64,000 nucleotides of DNA from Ignavibacteria bacterium (GCA_040290295.1 PSMW01000009.1:39200-103199), one strand, 5' to 3'. Shown: positions 18,269 to 28,255, counted from the first letter of the stretch. Notes: a model not told the origin generated them from the sequence alone. Numbers and translations: made by a program.

Positions 18269-20445
18269 GCAGACGAGTGTTGTTCATTCTCCTCTGTACG
18301 TTGTCGAGTATACGGCTTGCCTACACTCAAGGCGGTACACTCACGGGACGCATCACGAGTAAAGCCGACAACGAACCGTTGGTTGGTGTGAATGTACTGT
18401 TGAAAGGAACGCTGCGCGGCGCCACATCCGACAGCAGAGGTGAGTACAAGATCGCCAATATCCCTCCGGGGGACTACACGGTGATCTTCTCTCTCGTGGG
18501 GTTCGAGCGCGCAACTCATACCAACGTGCGCATCGAAGCGGGTGCCGTCGTGCAGTTGGACGTCGCACTCACACCGACGGAAATCCAAACTGAACAGATC
18601 GTTGTTACCGCCAGCAAGCGACCGCAATCGCTGGAGGAAGTTCCCGTCAGCATTGCGCTTTTGGATGCGAAAGAAATCTCGTACCGCAATTCTCTGACCA
18701 TCGACGACGCGTTGCGGTACGTGCCGGGGGTGAACATGACCGAGTGGCAAGTGAATATTCGCGGCTCCAGCGGCTACAGCCGTGGCGTCGGCAGTCGCGT
18801 GCTGATGCTCGTGGACGGCATCCCGCTGCTGACAGGAGATACGGGTGAACTGAATTTCGAAACCATTCCCATCGGTCAGGTCGATCGCATCGAAGTCGTC
18901 AAAGGTGCAAGCTCAGCCCTTTACGGATCGAGCGCGCTGGGCGGCGTCATCAACGTTATTACCAAACCCATCCCTGAGGAACCTTTCACGCGCATTCGCC
19001 TCTACGGTGGCTTCTACAGTAAGCCGACGTATTCGGAATGGGATTGGGGCGGCGGCACGCGATTCAGCGATGGAGAATCGGTCAACCATTCTCGAAAGTT
19101 CGATGATCTCGGCATGTCCTTGTACCTTTCCCGGATAGCGGATGATGGCTACCGACAGAACGATTACCGGCGTCGTTACAACGGCTACCTGAAATTGCAC
19201 TACCAGTTTTCCGATGCCGAGGTCGTGACCACATCCTTCAGTCTCCTCGACCAGAAGCGGGGAAGCTTCTTGTACTGGAAAGCACTGAACTATGCTCTCA
19301 CGCCGCCGGAGACACAACTCGGCGACGAGGTTCGCTCCACGCGGTTGTATCTCACCTCGCAGTACAGCCACGTCGTCTCCGATAAACTCACCTACGCCGT
19401 CAAAGCGCTCTGGTATCGCAACAAGTGGGAAGATACGATCGACCTGGGTTCGCGAACGTCCCGTTCCGATGTGCTCAGAGGCGAAGGGCAGGCGTCGATG
19501 CTCGTCGATGATCGTCAAACGCTTACAGCCGGCATCGAAGGTTCTCTCGACTTCGTTCGTGCCGATTTGTTTGGAAAGCGGTCGGGTGCAGGCGTTGCGC
19601 TCTACGCTCAGGATGAAATCCGATTGAACGAGAGCGTCACGCTCTCGCTCGGCGCACGATACGATTTCCAAGACATCGATTCGCTCGAGACCAGCCGCCA
19701 GTTCAATCCCAAAGCGGGGATTGTTTATACACCGGTCGAAGGCACGACACTCCGTGCCTCGTACGGTCGCGGATTTCGTGCCCCTGCCGTCGCAGAGGCG
19801 TTCATCTCCACATCGGTCAGTGGACTCATCGTCGATCCGAATCCTAATTTGAAGCCCGAACGCAGTTCATCGTACGAGATCGGCATATCACAGCGCATCG
19901 GCGACTATGCCACGCTCGATGCGGCAGCCTTTCAGAGCGATTTCGACAATTTGATCGAACCGGGCTTCACCGCCAGTGGTCGCGGTCAGTTCATGAACGT
20001 TACCAAGGCTCGTGTTCGCGGCCTCGAGCTTTCTGCCAAAGCGAGCTTTTGGGAGCGCCTGCTCACACTCGGCATCAGCTACACATACGTGTACCCGCGC
20101 GATATTTCGAAGAACGACATCCTCAAATACAGGCCTCGACACCTGTTCTATGCGAACGCGCTCCTCAGCGTCGATATCTTCACCCTTGGTCTCGACTTTC
20201 GCTTCATCAGCAGGATGGAGCGCATCGACGACGAGTTTGTACGGCTCGGCATCGTGCGCGATGGCGACCAACGTGTAGCAGCATACGTCACCGACGTTCG
20301 TGCAGGTGCAGACTTGACCAAGCTCGGCCTTCCCCTCACCGTAACGCTCAACGTCACCAACATCTTCCAATACTACTACGTCGAGCTTATCGGCAATCTC
20401 ATGCCTCCACGCAATACTGTGTTCGTGTTGGAGTGGCGCCCCTGA
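18265..20445 (+). CDS. TonB-dependent receptor with carboxypeptidase-regulatory-like N-domain
   Basis: N-terminal GTLTGRITS...PLVGVNVLLKGT (CarbopepD_reg-like), a plug region (ALRYVPGVN, IRGSSG) and a long beta-barrel. Confidence 0.85.
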   Translation: MSRRVLFILLCTLSSIRLAYTQGGTLTGRITSKADNEPLVGVNVLLKGTLRGATSDSRGEYKIANIPPGDYTVIFSLVGFERATHTNVRIEAGAVVQLDVALTPTEIQTEQIVVTASKRPQSLEEVPVSIALLDAKEISYRNSLTIDDALRYVPGVNMTEWQVNIRGSSGYSRGVGSRVLMLVDGIPLLTGDTGELNFETIPIGQVDRIEVVKGASSALYGSSALGGVINVITKPIPEEPFTRIRLYGGFYSKPTYSEWDWGGGTRFSDGESVNHSRKFDDLGMSLYLSRIADDGYRQNDYRRRYNGYLKLHYQFSDAEVVTTSFSLLDQKRGSFLYWKALNYALTPPETQLGDEVRSTRLYLTSQYSHVVSDKLTYAVKALWYRNKWEDTIDLGSRTSRSDVLRGEGQASMLVDDRQTLTAGIEGSLDFVRADLFGKRSGAGVALYAQDEIRLNESVTLSLGARYDFQDIDSLETSRQFNPKAGIVYTPVEGTTLRASYGRGFRAPAVAEAFISTSVSGLIVDPNPNLKPERSSSYEIGISQRIGDYATLDAAAFQSDFDNLIEPGFTASGRGQFMNVTKARVRGLELSAKASFWERLLTLGISYTYVYPRDISKNDILKYRPRHLFYANALLSVDIFTLGLDFRFISRMERIDDEFVRLGIVRDGDQRVAAYVTDVRAGADLTKLGLPLTVTLNVTNIFQYYYVELIGNLMPPRNTVFVLEWRP

Positions 20446-20524
20446 TGCGGTTTTTGTTTCTCGTTCTGCAGTTCCCTACTTTAAGGAGCGCCAAACCACC
20501 CCGCACGTTTCGATTGCTTCCTGA

Positions 20525-21934
20525 ATGTTCATCGACACGCACGCACATCTTACTGCCGAGCAGTTCGACGCCGATCGCGACGACGTTATCCGCCGCGCTC
20601 TCGACGCCGGCGTCAGCGTCATCATCAATCCCTCCACCGATCTCGAAGACAGCAGGCGAGCGATCGCCCTCGCCGAACGATGGGATCCGGTGTACGCTTG
20701 CGTCGGTTTTCATCCGCACGAAGCTCGAAAAGCAGACGATGCCTCGCTCCACGAAATCGAACAGCTCAGCACTCATCCCAAAGTCGTCGCCATCGGCGAA
20801 ATCGGATTGGACTACCACTACAACTTTTCTCCGCGCGACGTTCAGCAGCGCGTGTTCGAGGCACAACTGGCAATCGCACAACGCCGCAATCTTCCCGTTG
20901 TCATTCACACACGAGAATCGGAAGCAGACGTCCTCCAGAGTGTCGAGCAAGCAATTGCCGCTGCACCGCGATGGGGAAGAGACCACCGCTTCGACGAACG
21001 ATTCCCGCCGCCGCGTGGGGTTTTCCATTGTTTCTCGGGCGATGTTGCGATGGCGTGGAAGGTCATCAACATGGGCTTCTTCATCTCGTTTCCCGGCATC
21101 GTCACATTCGCAAACGCCGGCACTGCAGCCGAGGTCGCCGCGGCCGTCTCCCTCGAACACATCTTGTTGGAAACCGACAGCCCGTACCTCACCCCCGTTC
21201 CGCTGCGCAAGAAAGAACGGCGCAACGAACCCAAGAACGTTGTGGCGATCGCCGAAAAGCTTGCGGCACTCCAGCAACTTTCTCTCGACGACGTCGCACG
21301 CACCACACGATACGGCACCTATAAACTCTTCGGCATCGGCTCGGCTGGTGAGCCGCGCTTCACCTACACACTGCGCAACGCGCTTTACATCAATCTCACC
21401 ATTCGATGCAACGCCGACTGTGTCTTCTGCGACCGCAAAGGCGAAGCCGTCATCAAGGGACACAACCTCAAGATCGAACGCGAACCTTCCGTGCAAGAAG
21501 TCATCGACGAAATCGGCGACCCCACGAGGTACGACGAAATTGTTTTCTGCGGCTACGGCGAGCCCACCATTCGTCTGGATGCCGTCAAGGAAATCGCCCG
21601 CTGGGTGAAAGCGCACGGCGGCAAAACACGATTGAACACCGATGGCCACGGCAACGTCATCAACAAACGCAACATCGTGCCGGAGCTTGTAGGATTGATC
21701 GACGCGGTCTCGATGAGTCTGAACACAGCCGATCCTTTCCAGTACGGTCAGCTCATGCGTATCGACGCCGGACGGTATTTCCCCGCGATGATCGAGTTTG
21801 CGCGCGAAGCACGTCGCCTCCTACCGCGCGTCATCATGACCGTGGTTGCCATGGATGGCATCGACAGAGAAAAAGCCCGACGCCTTGCCGAGCAAGACAT
21901 CGGGGCAGAGTTTCAAGCACGACCCTACTTCTGA
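20525..21934 (+). CDS. TatD-family metal-dependent hydrolase fused to a radical SAM domain
   Basis: N-terminal MFIDTHAHL...GEIGLDYH...HCFSG TatD motifs (about aa 1-260). C-terminal CNADCVFC (CX3CX2C) and FCGYGEPT radical SAM motifs. Confidence 0.8.
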   Translation: MFIDTHAHLTAEQFDADRDDVIRRALDAGVSVIINPSTDLEDSRRAIALAERWDPVYACVGFHPHEARKADDASLHEIEQLSTHPKVVAIGEIGLDYHYNFSPRDVQQRVFEAQLAIAQRRNLPVVIHTRESEADVLQSVEQAIAAAPRWGRDHRFDERFPPPRGVFHCFSGDVAMAWKVINMGFFISFPGIVTFANAGTAAEVAAAVSLEHILLETDSPYLTPVPLRKKERRNEPKNVVAIAEKLAALQQLSLDDVARTTRYGTYKLFGIGSAGEPRFTYTLRNALYINLTIRCNADCVFCDRKGEAVIKGHNLKIEREPSVQEVIDEIGDPTRYDEIVFCGYGEPTIRLDAVKEIARWVKAHGGKTRLNTDGHGNVINKRNIVPELVGLIDAVSMSLNTADPFQYGQLMRIDAGRYFPAMIEFAREARRLLPRVIMTVVAMDGIDREKARRLAEQDIGAEFQARPYF

Positions 21935-21989
21935 AGCATCCGTGAGCGGAGCGCAGAAGAAAAATTGGGCGTTCCCCCGCCTTCGTCCC

Positions 21990-22100
21990 GCCAACGGCGG
22001 ACTACGGTGGACTACGGCGGGGTCGGCGCCCTTCGGGGTACGCTTCGCTCCCGTGCCGCCCCTGAACAACGGGGCGGCACCAAGCCCTTCGGGCGCCTAA
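21990..22100. repeat. GC-rich intergenic element with short tandem unit and hairpins (REP-like)
   Basis: GGACTACGG occurs twice (21999-22007, 22009-22017). An 8-bp GC hairpin spans 22055-22062 / 22071-22078. CCCTTCGGG motifs are also present. Confidence 0.4.
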
Positions 22101-22114
22101 CGCAACAACACAAT

Positions 22115-23299
22115 ATGGCAACACCACACTACAATCCGCAACGCATCCTCTTCCTTGCCGAAGGACAACTCGGCGATCTCCTCTTGCTGACGCCTGCACT
22201 GCGTGCAGTCAAGGAGTCGTTCCCCACATCGTTCCTTGCAGTTCTGGTTGTCGAACGCCGCCTCGCCGAACCAACCCATGCCCCTTCTCCTGAGGTCTTG
22301 GTTGCCTCGCACGCCGAACGTGAACGCATCGCACTCGGTACAAATCCCAACGTGGATGAACTCTACCTGCTCGATCGCCAGGCACTGCGCGCACGACACG
22401 GCATTGCACGCCTGAAAGCAGAGCGCGCCGTCATCAAATGCATCCGCGAAAAAAAATTCGATACCGTCATCTGCACCTTTCCAGAAGATCGCTTCGTGCA
22501 GTGGGCGTTCGCTGCAGGCGCAAACGTTCGCGTCGGACAAAAACATCAAGCCCTCCGTTGGCTTCTCACCCACAAACTCGACAGCGACAAGTCCACTCAA
22601 GGAGTGTTGGCGTACTACTGCGATCTCGTTCGACTCATCGGCGCGAACGTGCAGAGCACACGCACCGAATATCCGATCCCTCCTTCCGCTACACAATGGG
22701 CGGAGACAACGTTGAACACGCTCGGCGTTCATCCCGATTCCCGCATCGTGGCAATCCATCCCGGCGCCAGCGGCGATTACAAAATGTGGCCCCCCGAACG
22801 CTTCGCACTCCTCGCGCAAGAATTATCCAGCCTCGGCAATGTGGTGCTGCTCGTCGGCAGTTCTTTCGATCGTGCGATTCTCGAAGCGATCACATCGACA
22901 AGCCGAGGCACCGTCCGAGAGGTGCACACCGGTGCGAGTGTAGCGAACCTCGCCGCGCTCTTACATCGCGCCCACCTCTGCATCTCCAACGATTCCGGTC
23001 CTCGCCATCTTGCCGTCGCGGTCGGCACGCCGTCGCTCGCGCTCTTTCGTCACCATCACGACAAGGAGTGGGATGTGTATCCCCATTCCTCACGCATCGC
23101 CATCATCAAAGGCACCGAAGCCTGTCCGGCATGCCCCGCCGGAGTGTGTCGCGACCGTATTGCGCCGGGCGAGCACTTTGGTGCATATTGCCTACGGCAG
23201 ATCCGTGTGGATACGGTCCTGCATCGCGCTGCCGAAATGCTGCGCGAGCAACCCAAGAAATCTACACCCACGCCACAGCATTCGTCGAGGATACGATGA
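22115..23299 (+). CDS. glycosyltransferase family 9 (heptosyltransferase-like), second copy
   Basis: ILFLAEGQLGDLLLLTPALRAVK and SNDSGPRHLA motifs. The conserved N-terminus begins at ATG 22115 (the track ORF starts at 21965). Confidence 0.8.
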   Translation: MATPHYNPQRILFLAEGQLGDLLLLTPALRAVKESFPTSFLAVLVVERRLAEPTHAPSPEVLVASHAERERIALGTNPNVDELYLLDRQALRARHGIARLKAERAVIKCIREKKFDTVICTFPEDRFVQWAFAAGANVRVGQKHQALRWLLTHKLDSDKSTQGVLAYYCDLVRLIGANVQSTRTEYPIPPSATQWAETTLNTLGVHPDSRIVAIHPGASGDYKMWPPERFALLAQELSSLGNVVLLVGSSFDRAILEAITSTSRGTVREVHTGASVANLAALLHRAHLCISNDSGPRHLAVAVGTPSLALFRHHHDKEWDVYPHSSRIAIIKGTEACPACPAGVCRDRIAPGEHFGAYCLRQIRVDTVLHRAAEMLREQPKKSTPTPQHSSRIR

Positions 23300-25329
23300 G
23301 GTTCTTCCTTCTTCTGTGTCTGCTTCCCGCGCTTGCCGCATCTCAGTCGCTGCCCGAAGCAACGTACCGAGCGATCGTCACGGCACAGGACCTGCGCGAT
23401 GCGGAAGCGCTCGTGCCGTTCTTCACGGACAGCGATTCGCAAGTGCGCGCACGCGCAGCGCTTGCCTGCGCCTCTGTTCAGGATACCGTGCACATTCCTT
23501 ACCTTCTTCAACTCCTCACCGACAAGAATCTCCATGTTCGCCTTGCCGCCGCGTTTGCCTTGGGGCAGTATCACCCCGTCGTGGATACATTCCAGCGGGA
23601 TGCACTTTCGGGTGCGCTCACGAAGAGGCTTGGCATCGAACCAAATCCCGCTGTGCTGCTACGCGTGCTGGAAGCTCTCGGCAAAGTCGGCAACGAAGCG
23701 AGCCTCAGCCTCGTTGTTGCTGCGGGAGAAACGGCGCCCTCTCCATTGGTGAAAGGAGAGGCAGCGCTTGCCGTGGGGCGTTTCGCGTATCGACAGATCA
23801 TCAGCAAGAGCGCAACCGCCTTTGCCGCACAATGCCTTGCCTTGCGCGATGACGGCGAATCTTGGAAAGCTGCCTACGCTCTCATGCGTATCGCTGGCCC
23901 GAATCTTTTGAAACCACATGAAGAAGAGATCGTTCGGTCATCCTCACACCGCTCCGCCGATGTCCGCATGTTTATTGCAACCGCGCTCGGCGAATTCGGT
24001 TCGTCACGGAAAGCATGCAACGCGCTGCTATCCCTCGTCCGTTCGGAGAAGGATTGGCGAGTGAAAGTGAACGCGCTCAAAGCGCTTGCTCGTGTCGATA
24101 CGGTCTTCTATCCTCGAATGCTGAACGTGCTGCTGCGTAGCGCCACCGATAGCAACGAGCACGGTGCACTCACTGCCCTGACAACCATCGGTGTGCTGCG
24201 GCTGCACCGCTCTTCGTTCGCTGCCGAGTGCCGCAGTTCGCTCGTCGAATTGCTTGAGAGCCGACACCTCTCGCAACGGCGAACACAGGCGGCAGCCACA
24301 TCCCTCGCACGCCTGCTGGGAAAAGAAGCGTATCCCTTGCTGCTGGATCACTTGCAAACCGGCAACCTGACGCAGGAAAGCTTTGCCTCCGCGCTTGCAC
24401 ACGTGCCAACGCGTGAGGCGACAGAACATCTGGTGCGGCTCTATCGTGAAGGAGAAATCCAGCAGAAAGTACGCGTCGTCGAATCGCTGCTTGCAAATGT
24501 ACGTACCGCTCCCGAACGAGGAGAGCTGACGCGCATTGCTCGACCTGTGCTTGTCGAAGCGATGCAATCGAACGATATCGCCCTTCTCAGTACTGCCGCG
24601 ACAGCACTTGCCGAGTCGGTATTTACCGACGACGAAACGCCGGCGCTGCTTCTGAATGCTCTCCGCCGACTGAAACCGCCGGACGATACCGAAGCGATCA
24701 TCAGGCTGATGCGACTTCTTGCCGATCTCCGTGCGCAGAGTGCTGTTGCACCCCTCGAGTCGTACTTGCTCGATGGCGACCCGGCTGTTGTTCTGGCAGC
24801 GCGCAAGGCGTTAGAACGACTCACAGGCAAGCCCTATCGTGTGACGACGTCAGGCAAGCGTCGGCCGGCATACCAGAACTTCGATTGGACGTTGCTCGCG
24901 TCCGTGCGACGCAATCCGTACGTTCGCATCCGCACGACGAAGGGTGAGTTGAGCATCGTTCTGCTTCCGGACAATGCGCCGCTCACGTGCGTAAACTTTG
25001 CGATGCTCATCGAGAAGAAGTTCTTCGACGGCTTGACCTTTCACCGTGTTGTTCCGAATGTCGTCATTCAAGGCGGCGACCCGCGAGGCGATGGATGGGG
25101 AGGACCCGGCTATGCCATTCGCTCGGAGTTCGGACTTGAACGCTATGAGCGTGGGAGTGTGGGTGTTGCAAGTGCAGGGAAGGATACCGAAGGGTGCCAA
25201 TGGTTCGTCACACACAGCTCCACACCCCATTTGGATGGCCGATACACCATCTTTGCAAAAGTCGTTGCTGGAATGGAAGTCGTTGACGCAATCCAGATCG
25301 GCGATCGCATCCTTGCAATGCAAAGATAA
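23296..25329 (+). CDS. secreted HEAT-repeat protein fused to a cyclophilin-type peptidyl-prolyl isomerase
   Basis: Signal MRFFLLLCLLPALAA. Repeated HEAT-like helices (VRARAALA, VRLAAAFALG...). C-terminal cyclophilin core (FHRVVPNVVIQGGDPRGDGWGGPGY). ATGA overlap with the GT9 stop. The upstream part of track ORF 22438..25329 is read-through. Confidence 0.8.
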   Translation: MRFFLLLCLLPALAASQSLPEATYRAIVTAQDLRDAEALVPFFTDSDSQVRARAALACASVQDTVHIPYLLQLLTDKNLHVRLAAAFALGQYHPVVDTFQRDALSGALTKRLGIEPNPAVLLRVLEALGKVGNEASLSLVVAAGETAPSPLVKGEAALAVGRFAYRQIISKSATAFAAQCLALRDDGESWKAAYALMRIAGPNLLKPHEEEIVRSSSHRSADVRMFIATALGEFGSSRKACNALLSLVRSEKDWRVKVNALKALARVDTVFYPRMLNVLLRSATDSNEHGALTALTTIGVLRLHRSSFAAECRSSLVELLESRHLSQRRTQAAATSLARLLGKEAYPLLLDHLQTGNLTQESFASALAHVPTREATEHLVRLYREGEIQQKVRVVESLLANVRTAPERGELTRIARPVLVEAMQSNDIALLSTAATALAESVFTDDETPALLLNALRRLKPPDDTEAIIRLMRLLADLRAQSAVAPLESYLLDGDPAVVLAARKALERLTGKPYRVTTSGKRRPAYQNFDWTLLASVRRNPYVRIRTTKGELSIVLLPDNAPLTCVNFAMLIEKKFFDGLTFHRVVPNVVIQGGDPRGDGWGGPGYAIRSEFGLERYERGSVGVASAGKDTEGCQWFVTHSSTPHLDGRYTIFAKVVAGMEVVDAIQIGDRILAMQR

Positions 25330-25482
25330 ATGTAGAGATGATGCTGGACGGTTGTTTCTCGAGTTGATGGACTTAGCGGAGCTGAGGGAGGGATCGAGGA
25401 TCGAGATGGGAATGTTGAGGTTGGACGTTCAGAGTTTTGGAGCTTGGAGCTTGAGTATTGGAATTTGCGCCTCCGAGCGCCC

Positions 25483-25575
25483 GTCACCCTTCGACTCCGC
25501 TTCGCTGCGCTCAGGGTGACGCACACCAGTATCACACGTCAGGTTGAGCGCAGTGAAGCGAGGCGAAGTCGAAAC
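25483..25575. repeat. REP-like palindromic element (two inverted copies of a TCGAC..CGCTTCGCTGCGCTCA unit)
   Basis: GTCACCCT (25483-25490) pairs with AGGGTGAC (25513-25520). The unit at 25490-25513 recurs inverted at 25545-25573 with one mismatch and a small indel. Confidence 0.45.
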
Positions 25576-25814
25576 CTCCTTCACAGACACCCTCGGGATA
25601 TGTTGCGCGCACACTGCGCCGATTATGGATGCTTCGCCCGCATTCGACAGTGTTCAGTATAGCCCCTTTCTGTTGCCGCACTCGACGGTTCGCGTAAACC
25701 GTGGCAGTCGATACCGCGGGTTGCAAATGTTTCCCACCCCTCGCTGTTTTGACTTCCTTGCATTCCCCTCCCATTTCCATTAACTTCTACGCGCACATCG
25801 AAAGGAATCTGTGT

Positions 25815-26219
25815 GTGACGTATTGGCTGTTGAAAACCGAGCCATCCGAGTATTCGTACGGCGATTTGGAGCAGGAAGGCAAGACCAGGTGGGATGGCGT
25901 TTCAAACAACCTTGCTTTGATGCATCTCCGTTCCATGGTGAAAGGAGACCGTGCGTTGATCTACCACTCGGGGAAAGAAAAAGCTCTCGTCGGCATCGCG
26001 GAGATCGTCTCCTCTCCGTATCCCGATCCACGGCGGAACAACCCAAAAATAGTTGTGGTGGATATTGTGCCACGACAACGATTGGCAAAGCCGGTGCCAC
26101 TCGATGCTATCAAGGCACGGAAAGTCTTCGCACACCTTCCGTTGGTACGTATGCCCCGTCTTTCGGTGATGCCGTTGTCCAGTCAAGACTGGAACGCGCT
26201 TCTTGCCATGGCGAAGTAG
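25815..26219 (+). CDS. EVE (PUA-like) domain protein
   Basis: YWLLKTEPSEYSYGDL...WDGV...ALIYHSG motifs. GTG 25815 is preceded by AAAGGAA (25801-25807). Confidence 0.75.
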   Translation: MTYWLLKTEPSEYSYGDLEQEGKTRWDGVSNNLALMHLRSMVKGDRALIYHSGKEKALVGIAEIVSSPYPDPRRNNPKIVVVDIVPRQRLAKPVPLDAIKARKVFAHLPLVRMPRLSVMPLSSQDWNALLAMAK

Positions 26220-26224
26220 GTTGT

Positions 26225-27544
26225 ATGGACGTCTTTCTCGTTCCGCTGAAGCTTGCGGCGGTTTTCGGTTTAGTGTTGCTCAATGGCTTCTTCGTTGCCG
26301 CTGAGTTTGCCATCGTGAAAGTCCGAACAACCCAAATCGAGCCGCTGCTGCGCAAAGGGCAGAAGCGTGCTCGGATTGCTCATGAAGTTATTACCCATCT
26401 CGACGCGTATCTTTCGGCGACCCAGCTTGGCATTACGCTCACCAGTCTCGGCTTGGGATGGTTGGGCGAGCCGTTCGTTGCAGACCTTTTGGAACCCATC
26501 TTTGCCTTCGTCGGGATCGTCAACCCGACGGCTCTGACCACCGTGTCTTTTGCTGTTGCGTTCGGTTTCATCACGTTCCTGCACATTGTGCTGGGGGAAT
26601 TGGCGCCGAAATCGCTCGCCATCCAGCGGGCGCAAAGCGTGACACTCCGCGCCGCCGGTCCTCTGCATCTGTTCTTTGTTGTCTTCAAGCCGGCAATTTG
26701 GGCACTGAACGGGGCGGCGAACTATTTTTTGCGCATGGTCGGCATTCAACCCGTCAGCGAGAACGATCTTGCACATTCCGAAGAGGAATTGCGTATCCTG
26801 CTCAGTCACGGTAAGAACATCACCGCAACGAGTCGGAACATTCTGCTGAAGGCGATGGAGTTACGCGAGCGCACGGTGCGGGAAGTGATGGTACCCCGCA
26901 GGCAAGTCGTCTTTCTTTCCAGCGAACGCACACTGGAGGAGAATCTCGCAGCCGCACTCGAATTCCATTTCACGCGGTATCCACTCTGCGAGCGCGACTT
27001 GGATAATGTGCTTGGCATGATTCACCTCAAAGACCTTTTCAGGTTGCAGCACACCAAGGGCGACGCTACAGATCTGCTCTCCATTAGGCGCGATGTCTTG
27101 TTCGTTCCGGAAACGACACCGCTGGAAAAGCTCCTCAACACCTTTCTGACAAAAAAAATGCTCATGGCAATTGTGGTTGATGAGTATGGCGGGACAACCG
27201 GTTTGATCACGCTCGAAGATATTCTGGAGGAGTTGGTAGGGGAAATTCGCGACGAGTTCGACGTTGAGCCGCTGATGGTGCAACGCGTTGGCGAACAGGA
27301 ATTTGTGGTGGACGGAACGATGCCGCTGCACGATTTTGCCCGCATGTTCGATGTCGTTCCTGATACGAAGGATGTCGTTACGCTCAGCGGCTATGTCGTG
27401 CATCGGATCGGCCGAGTACCAGAAAAAGGTACCAACCTCCAGTTGGGTTCATGGCACGCCGTCGTCGAAGCAGTTGACGGAAAGAAAGTCAAGCAACTCA
27501 GGATGAAGAAACTGCCTTCGAACACCAAGACGCACACAGGATGA
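26225..27544 (+). CDS. HlyC/CorC family transporter (DUF21-CBS pair-CorC_HlyC)
   Basis: N-terminal DUF21 TM domain (LLNGFFVAAEFAIVKVR), CBS region and C-terminal CorC domain. The conserved start is ATG 26225. Confidence 0.85.
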   Translation: MDVFLVPLKLAAVFGLVLLNGFFVAAEFAIVKVRTTQIEPLLRKGQKRARIAHEVITHLDAYLSATQLGITLTSLGLGWLGEPFVADLLEPIFAFVGIVNPTALTTVSFAVAFGFITFLHIVLGELAPKSLAIQRAQSVTLRAAGPLHLFFVVFKPAIWALNGAANYFLRMVGIQPVSENDLAHSEEELRILLSHGKNITATSRNILLKAMELRERTVREVMVPRRQVVFLSSERTLEENLAAALEFHFTRYPLCERDLDNVLGMIHLKDLFRLQHTKGDATDLLSIRRDVLFVPETTPLEKLLNTFLTKKMLMAIVVDEYGGTTGLITLEDILEELVGEIRDEFDVEPLMVQRVGEQEFVVDGTMPLHDFARMFDVVPDTKDVVTLSGYVVHRIGRVPEKGTNLQLGSWHAVVEAVDGKKVKQLRMKKLPSNTKTHTG

Positions 27545-28248
27545 TGCGTTCAAAGCTTATGCTCAGCATAGCGCCATGTGCCGCCCTCGGTTCGCCGGTG
27601 CGCGCGCAATACGACGAGCGACCGTATGAACATCCGACGGACAGATTCGTCCATGCCGGAGTATTTGTTCGCGACTTCGAGCCGCGCGATTCGAATACAG
27701 CCCCGGATTCGTTTCGCATCGCATACCGTCGGCTCATGCCCGCGATCGGGTTTCGCCAGGGCCTTGTGGATGTAACGTTCGGGTACACGCGCTTCTCGCT
27801 GCGGGGCCAAAGCAAAGCGGCGATCGTTGCAGCAGTTACCGTTGGTAGTGAGTTTCCGCTTCTCTTCTCTCGGCCTCACGCCTTGCTCGTGCGTTTCACC
27901 GTTTCCAGCGACTATACACGATCGGATAACACCGGCAGTGACAAGGAGGCGTTTAACGTCGGTAGCGCAGGCATGGGAGTAGGTCTGCGGTATCGTGCAG
28001 TGGGGAGGGAGCTTGAATGCTCACTCTCGGTAGTCGAAGCGATCCATCTCAGCTTCGAAGCGTTCAGCACGGGCACCGGTTTTTCTGCCACCACGTTGGG
28101 CGAGGCTCTGGTTCTCCTCCGCACCATTCCCATCGTCGATGGCATTGCTTTCGGCTACCGCATTCGGTACCAGACGTGGAATATGAGCAACGCCGCGTTC
28201 GACTATCGTTCCCTCTCACTTGGGGCGTTCCTCGGTTTCCTTTTCTAA
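27541..28248 (+). CDS. hypothetical outer-membrane beta-barrel protein
   Basis: Signal peptide, alternating beta pattern and C-terminal ...GFLF. ATGA overlap with the upstream gene. Confidence 0.5.
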   Translation: MMRSKLMLSIAPCAALGSPVRAQYDERPYEHPTDRFVHAGVFVRDFEPRDSNTAPDSFRIAYRRLMPAIGFRQGLVDVTFGYTRFSLRGQSKAAIVAAVTVGSEFPLLFSRPHALLVRFTVSSDYTRSDNTGSDKEAFNVGSAGMGVGLRYRAVGRELECSLSVVEAIHLSFEAFSTGTGFSATTLGEALVLLRTIPIVDGIAFGYRIRYQTWNMSNAAFDYRSLSLGAFLGFLF

Positions 28249-28255
28249 GAACTGT

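Noticed and set aside
20049-21649. 519-aa (+) and 416-aa (-) ORFs overlapping the TonB receptor and TatD-rSAM genes.
   Set aside because: They have low-complexity Ser/Arg/Pro-rich or Asp/Val/Gly-rich translations and are out of frame with, or antisense to, clearly conserved genes.
22438-23295. N-terminal 286 codons of the 963-aa track ORF. Similar upstream extensions occur in ORFs 25811.., 31984.., 52123.., 53831.. and 56378...
   Set aside because: This is read-through of out-of-frame upstream genes. The conserved proteins start at internal ATGs with signal peptides, SDs or ATGA coupling.
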